The position numbers and the translations under genes are program-made. This document shows, one piece after another, positions 61,504 to 64,000 of a stretch of 64,000 nucleotides of DNA. Every line of letters begins with the position of its first letter. Position 1 is the first letter of the stretch. The stretch covers positions 7,522 through 71,521 of the forward strand of contig JAJRTW010000129.1 in the NCBI GenBank assembly GCA_024278075.1, read 5' to 3'. The notes beneath the pieces are model-generated. The model had not been told where the DNA came from. It saw nothing but the letters and a program-made list of their open reading frames with translations, and made no database searches. The stretch is from Bacteroidota bacterium (GTDB lineage Bacteria > Bacteroidota > Ignavibacteria > Kapaibacteriales > UBA2268).

Positions 61504-62921
61504 CAGGTAGTTTGATTAGTAGTTCTGATAAATACAAATGTTTTATAAGCAAGTGCTCAAAATACGGTTTGCAGTTAGTATTGATTTTCGCAATGTTTTT
61601 TGGAGCCGCGGATGCACAGATAGACAAGACATTATATTACTCCTTTGGCAAGAAGTTTTATACCGAAGCCTTCGTTCAGCCTGCCGGTTCGGCCGATTCA
61701 ATTGATGTGGTGATAATTGTCAGGCTGGCTTATGACGCGATTTCGTTCATGCAGGAAATCAAGCACGGCAACTCAAAGCAATTTTCCGGTGTGGCAAATA
61801 TCGAAGTATCTTTTCGTGATGAAATCGGAGTTATCAGAAAACGTGTGAACTGGCGTGATACGGTAATTGTTGATAATTACGAAAGCACTAATTCGAAGGA
61901 CAGTTTTATCACGGGAGTGCTGAATATAACATTGCATTCGGGACAGTATACGGTGACATCTGAAATTTTGGATGATTTCAAGAAAAATATCAAAAAACAG
62001 AAGTTTAAGATAGGCAAGGCCAGCTTTGCAAGCAGCGAGACAATTGCAGATGATATTTTCGTTTATAAGAAGCAAGTGTCCGGCGAGGAAATAATCCTGC
62101 CGTATGCTTTGGGTGATAATATTGATTTCACATCATTCGACCCGATTGTTTTTGTCAGTGTGTCCTACGGGGATTCGCCGGGTAATTATTTTTATTCTGT
62201 TGTGAAAACAGAGTCTAAAGACAAAACCATCGGATGGGATAAAGAGATCAATTTATCCGGGCTTACCGGCTTTTTGCCGAACAGGAAACTAATTGTTGTT
62301 AAATCAAATTCCGTTAGTTCTTTCGAAACAGTCGAGTATAATGAAAAAAATAACAACATACCAAACGGGCAGCATCAAAATAATTTTGGCCTGCTTGAAA
62401 TAGTTTTGCCCTCGAACGAATTGGTGCCGGGCAATTATGAATTATTGGTCTTCAAAGATGGCGGCAATGATACTTTAAGAAAAGAATTTAGTGTGATATG
62501 GGTGAATAAACCACTATCAATGAAGGATATAAATTATGCAACGGAATTAATGTATTACCTGCTGACCGACGATGAATATGATATAATGCGTGATGGATCG
62601 AAAAAGGAGATGGCAAGGAAATTTCACGAATATTGGAAAAGCAAAGACCCAACTCCCGCCACACCGTTTAATGAAGCAATGTCAACATATTTTAAAAGAG
62701 TAGACCATTCGTATTTTAATTTCCAGACCATATCCGAAAAAGACGGGGCAAAAACTGACAGGGGCAAAATATATATACTTTACGGAGCGCCGGACAGCGT
62801 GGCTACATCATTGGAAAATGGCAATTCCCGTGAAGTATGGGTATATGAAAGGCTGAAGAAGGAGTTTATTTTTGAAACTATTGCCGTAGGTATATATAAA
62901 TTAGTCGATATTAAAAAATAA
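61500..62921 (+). CDS. GWxTD-domain-like secreted protein
   Basis: C-terminal DGAKTDRGKIYILYGAPD resembles the GWxTD signature, with W replaced by A. Signal peptide. 4-bp overlap with ruvX. Confidence 0.4.
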   Translation: MTGSLISSSDKYKCFISKCSKYGLQLVLIFAMFFGAADAQIDKTLYYSFGKKFYTEAFVQPAGSADSIDVVIIVRLAYDAISFMQEIKHGNSKQFSGVANIEVSFRDEIGVIRKRVNWRDTVIVDNYESTNSKDSFITGVLNITLHSGQYTVTSEILDDFKKNIKKQKFKIGKASFASSETIADDIFVYKKQVSGEEIILPYALGDNIDFTSFDPIVFVSVSYGDSPGNYFYSVVKTESKDKTIGWDKEINLSGLTGFLPNRKLIVVKSNSVSSFETVEYNEKNNNIPNGQHQNNFGLLEIVLPSNELVPGNYELLVFKDGGNDTLRKEFSVIWVNKPLSMKDINYATELMYYLLTDDEYDIMRDGSKKEMARKFHEYWKSKDPTPATPFNEAMSTYFKRVDHSYFNFQTISEKDGAKTDRGKIYILYGAPDSVATSLENGNSREVWVYERLKKEFIFETIAVGIYKLVDIKK

Positions 62922-63131
62922 TAGATAGGAGCAGGAAGCTGGGCATTGGTGATGAGAATTGGATTGTTTGATATGGAGATTTGGCCGGCAATGCCTTGCT
63001 AATAAAGTAATCCGCCCCATGGAAAAGAGATAAAAGGGGATGACTATTTCAATCATAAATTATGAATTATATTTTTAAGCATTAGATTGTGACCGCCAAT
63101 AACTCTAATAATAATTCATTTTTGTATCATT

Positions 63132-63273
63132 GACTGTCCGGTAAAAAATGAGAGTTGCTCTTAACTAATATCTGATTAATATGACTTGTCATCCTTCGAC
63201 TCCGGCCAGAATGACACTGCATTGAATATCGGCAAGGATTTGGAACGATTCATATTTTTAACCGGACACTACT
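63132..63273. mobile_element. Short (~140 bp) MITE-like element (TIRs GACTGTCCGGTAAAAAATGAGAG / CATATTTTTAACCGGACACTACT) with one inner GTCATCCTTCGACTCCGGCCAGAATGACAC hairpin
   Basis: Minimal member of the family, made of outer TIRs plus one module. Confidence 0.55.
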
Positions 63274-63313
63274 ATTCCACAGCACACTACAGAACCGTAT
63301 TTGCAGCAAGAAA

Positions 63314-63985
63314 TTACTTTAAGTAATATATTCTTTTAACAACTGCCTTCTTATCGAATTGTAGAACAGCTGAGTATTGGCCGGCAGATAAATCAATTCC
63401 ATTGTCATCTTTTCCGTCCCAAATAAACCTATGGTTTCCGGCAGTTAGATAATTTCCGGTTATGGTTTTAACAATTTCACCGTTCGTACTGACAATGAAT
63501 AAAGAAACTACGCCACCATGCTTCATTGAGTAGTCGATGGCAGTATCATCAGAAAATGGGTTCGGCGATATTGAAACCGCAGACAAATAATTGCCCGCAG
63601 AAATAGAACTTATATCTGGCTTGCTGCTGGCATCTCCGGGATTATAAACTATCTCCGGGTCTCCCGGGCCAGGCTGGCCAAATGTCCAATTGCCTTCCGG
63701 GTCCTGAAGTTCGGTTCCATTGGTAAAACCGTCGCCATCTGAATCCCTTGAGGCAAGACTTGAGCTCCAAATAACATTCCCACTATTATCCAAATAATCA
63801 TCCGAAACTGTCCGGCCGAAAGAAGTTAACTGGCCCCCACCTTGCGGACTAACATGGCAATTTGCACAACTATTGATACTGCCATTTGGCAATTGTGCAG
63901 CTCTGAACTCGCGCGAATGTATATCTGTGTAATTAATAATAATTACAAAAAATACAGTCAATAATATTGTTAATCTTCTGAACAT
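63314..63985 (-). CDS. Secreted CXXCH-motif protein with calcium-binding (TSP3-like) repeat and T9SS CTD
   Basis: Signal peptide. CANCH. DSDGDGFTNGTELQDPEGNW. C-terminal ISPNPFSDDTAIDYSM...QYSAVLQF sorting domain. Confidence 0.5.
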   Translation of the reverse strand: MFRRLTILLTVFFVIIINYTDIHSREFRAAQLPNGSINSCANCHVSPQGGGQLTSFGRTVSDDYLDNSGNVIWSSSLASRDSDGDGFTNGTELQDPEGNWTFGQPGPGDPEIVYNPGDASSKPDISSISAGNYLSAVSISPNPFSDDTAIDYSMKHGGVVSLFIVSTNGEIVKTITGNYLTAGNHRFIWDGKDDNGIDLSAGQYSAVLQFDKKAVVKRIYYLK

Positions 63986-64000
63986 AAGACCCTCATAAAT

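Overview
This 64 kb window looks like a chromosomal stretch from a low-GC, T9SS-bearing bacterium of the FCB group (Bacteroidota/Ignavibacteria-like). That placement is an inference from gene content.

Housekeeping genes I can support directly from the sequence:
- lipB, efp, accB, accC, gcvH, murC
- two parvulin PPIases (PpiD/SurA-like), an M16 peptidase, an S9A prolyl oligopeptidase
- a PduO-type corrinoid adenosyltransferase, a dCMP deaminase
- ccoG/fixH cbb3-maturation genes, xseA/xseB, ispF, ruvX
- two sensor histidine kinases, an LD-carboxypeptidase, a NUDIX hydrolase
- four tRNAs: Ser-GGA, Gly-GCC, Cys-GCA, Ser-TGA

A strong Type IX secretion signature is present:
- an adjacent porU-like C25 peptidase and a porV/lptO gene
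- at least five cargo proteins with T9SS C-terminal sorting domains: an LTD protein, a 1556-aa vWA/beta-propeller protein, a YD-repeat protein, PorU itself, and a CxxCH protein

The features that annotation would not explain are:
1. A very abundant family of composite, nested-palindrome MITE-like elements. They have outer TIRs GTGTCCGGTTAAAAAGCAG / TTTTTAACCGGACAC and inner GTCATTCCGGA...CCGGAATGAC hairpin modules, and fill at least 12 intergenic regions.
2. A 33-bp perfect palindrome that brackets T9SS cargo genes.
3. Many short tandem repeats that begin inside the last codons of genes (accB, gcvH) or sit in the porU-porV spacer.
4. A tandem duplication whose non-coding spacer is better conserved than the coding tail, which looks like a C-terminal cassette.
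5. Two hicB-hicA toxin-antitoxin loci where both antitoxins are intact and both toxins are broken.
6. Three conserved genes (murC, hicA x2) that each need one extra A in an A6 run to be in frame. That is most likely a systematic homopolymer under-call, because murC is essential.
7. An ACE-like M2 peptidase split by an in-frame TAA.
8. A 918-aa Cys-rich lipoprotein built from about ten 86-aa repeats, two of them nearly identical at the DNA level.

I saw no CRISPR array, rRNA, integrase or transposase ORF. The elements in point 1 therefore appear non-autonomous.
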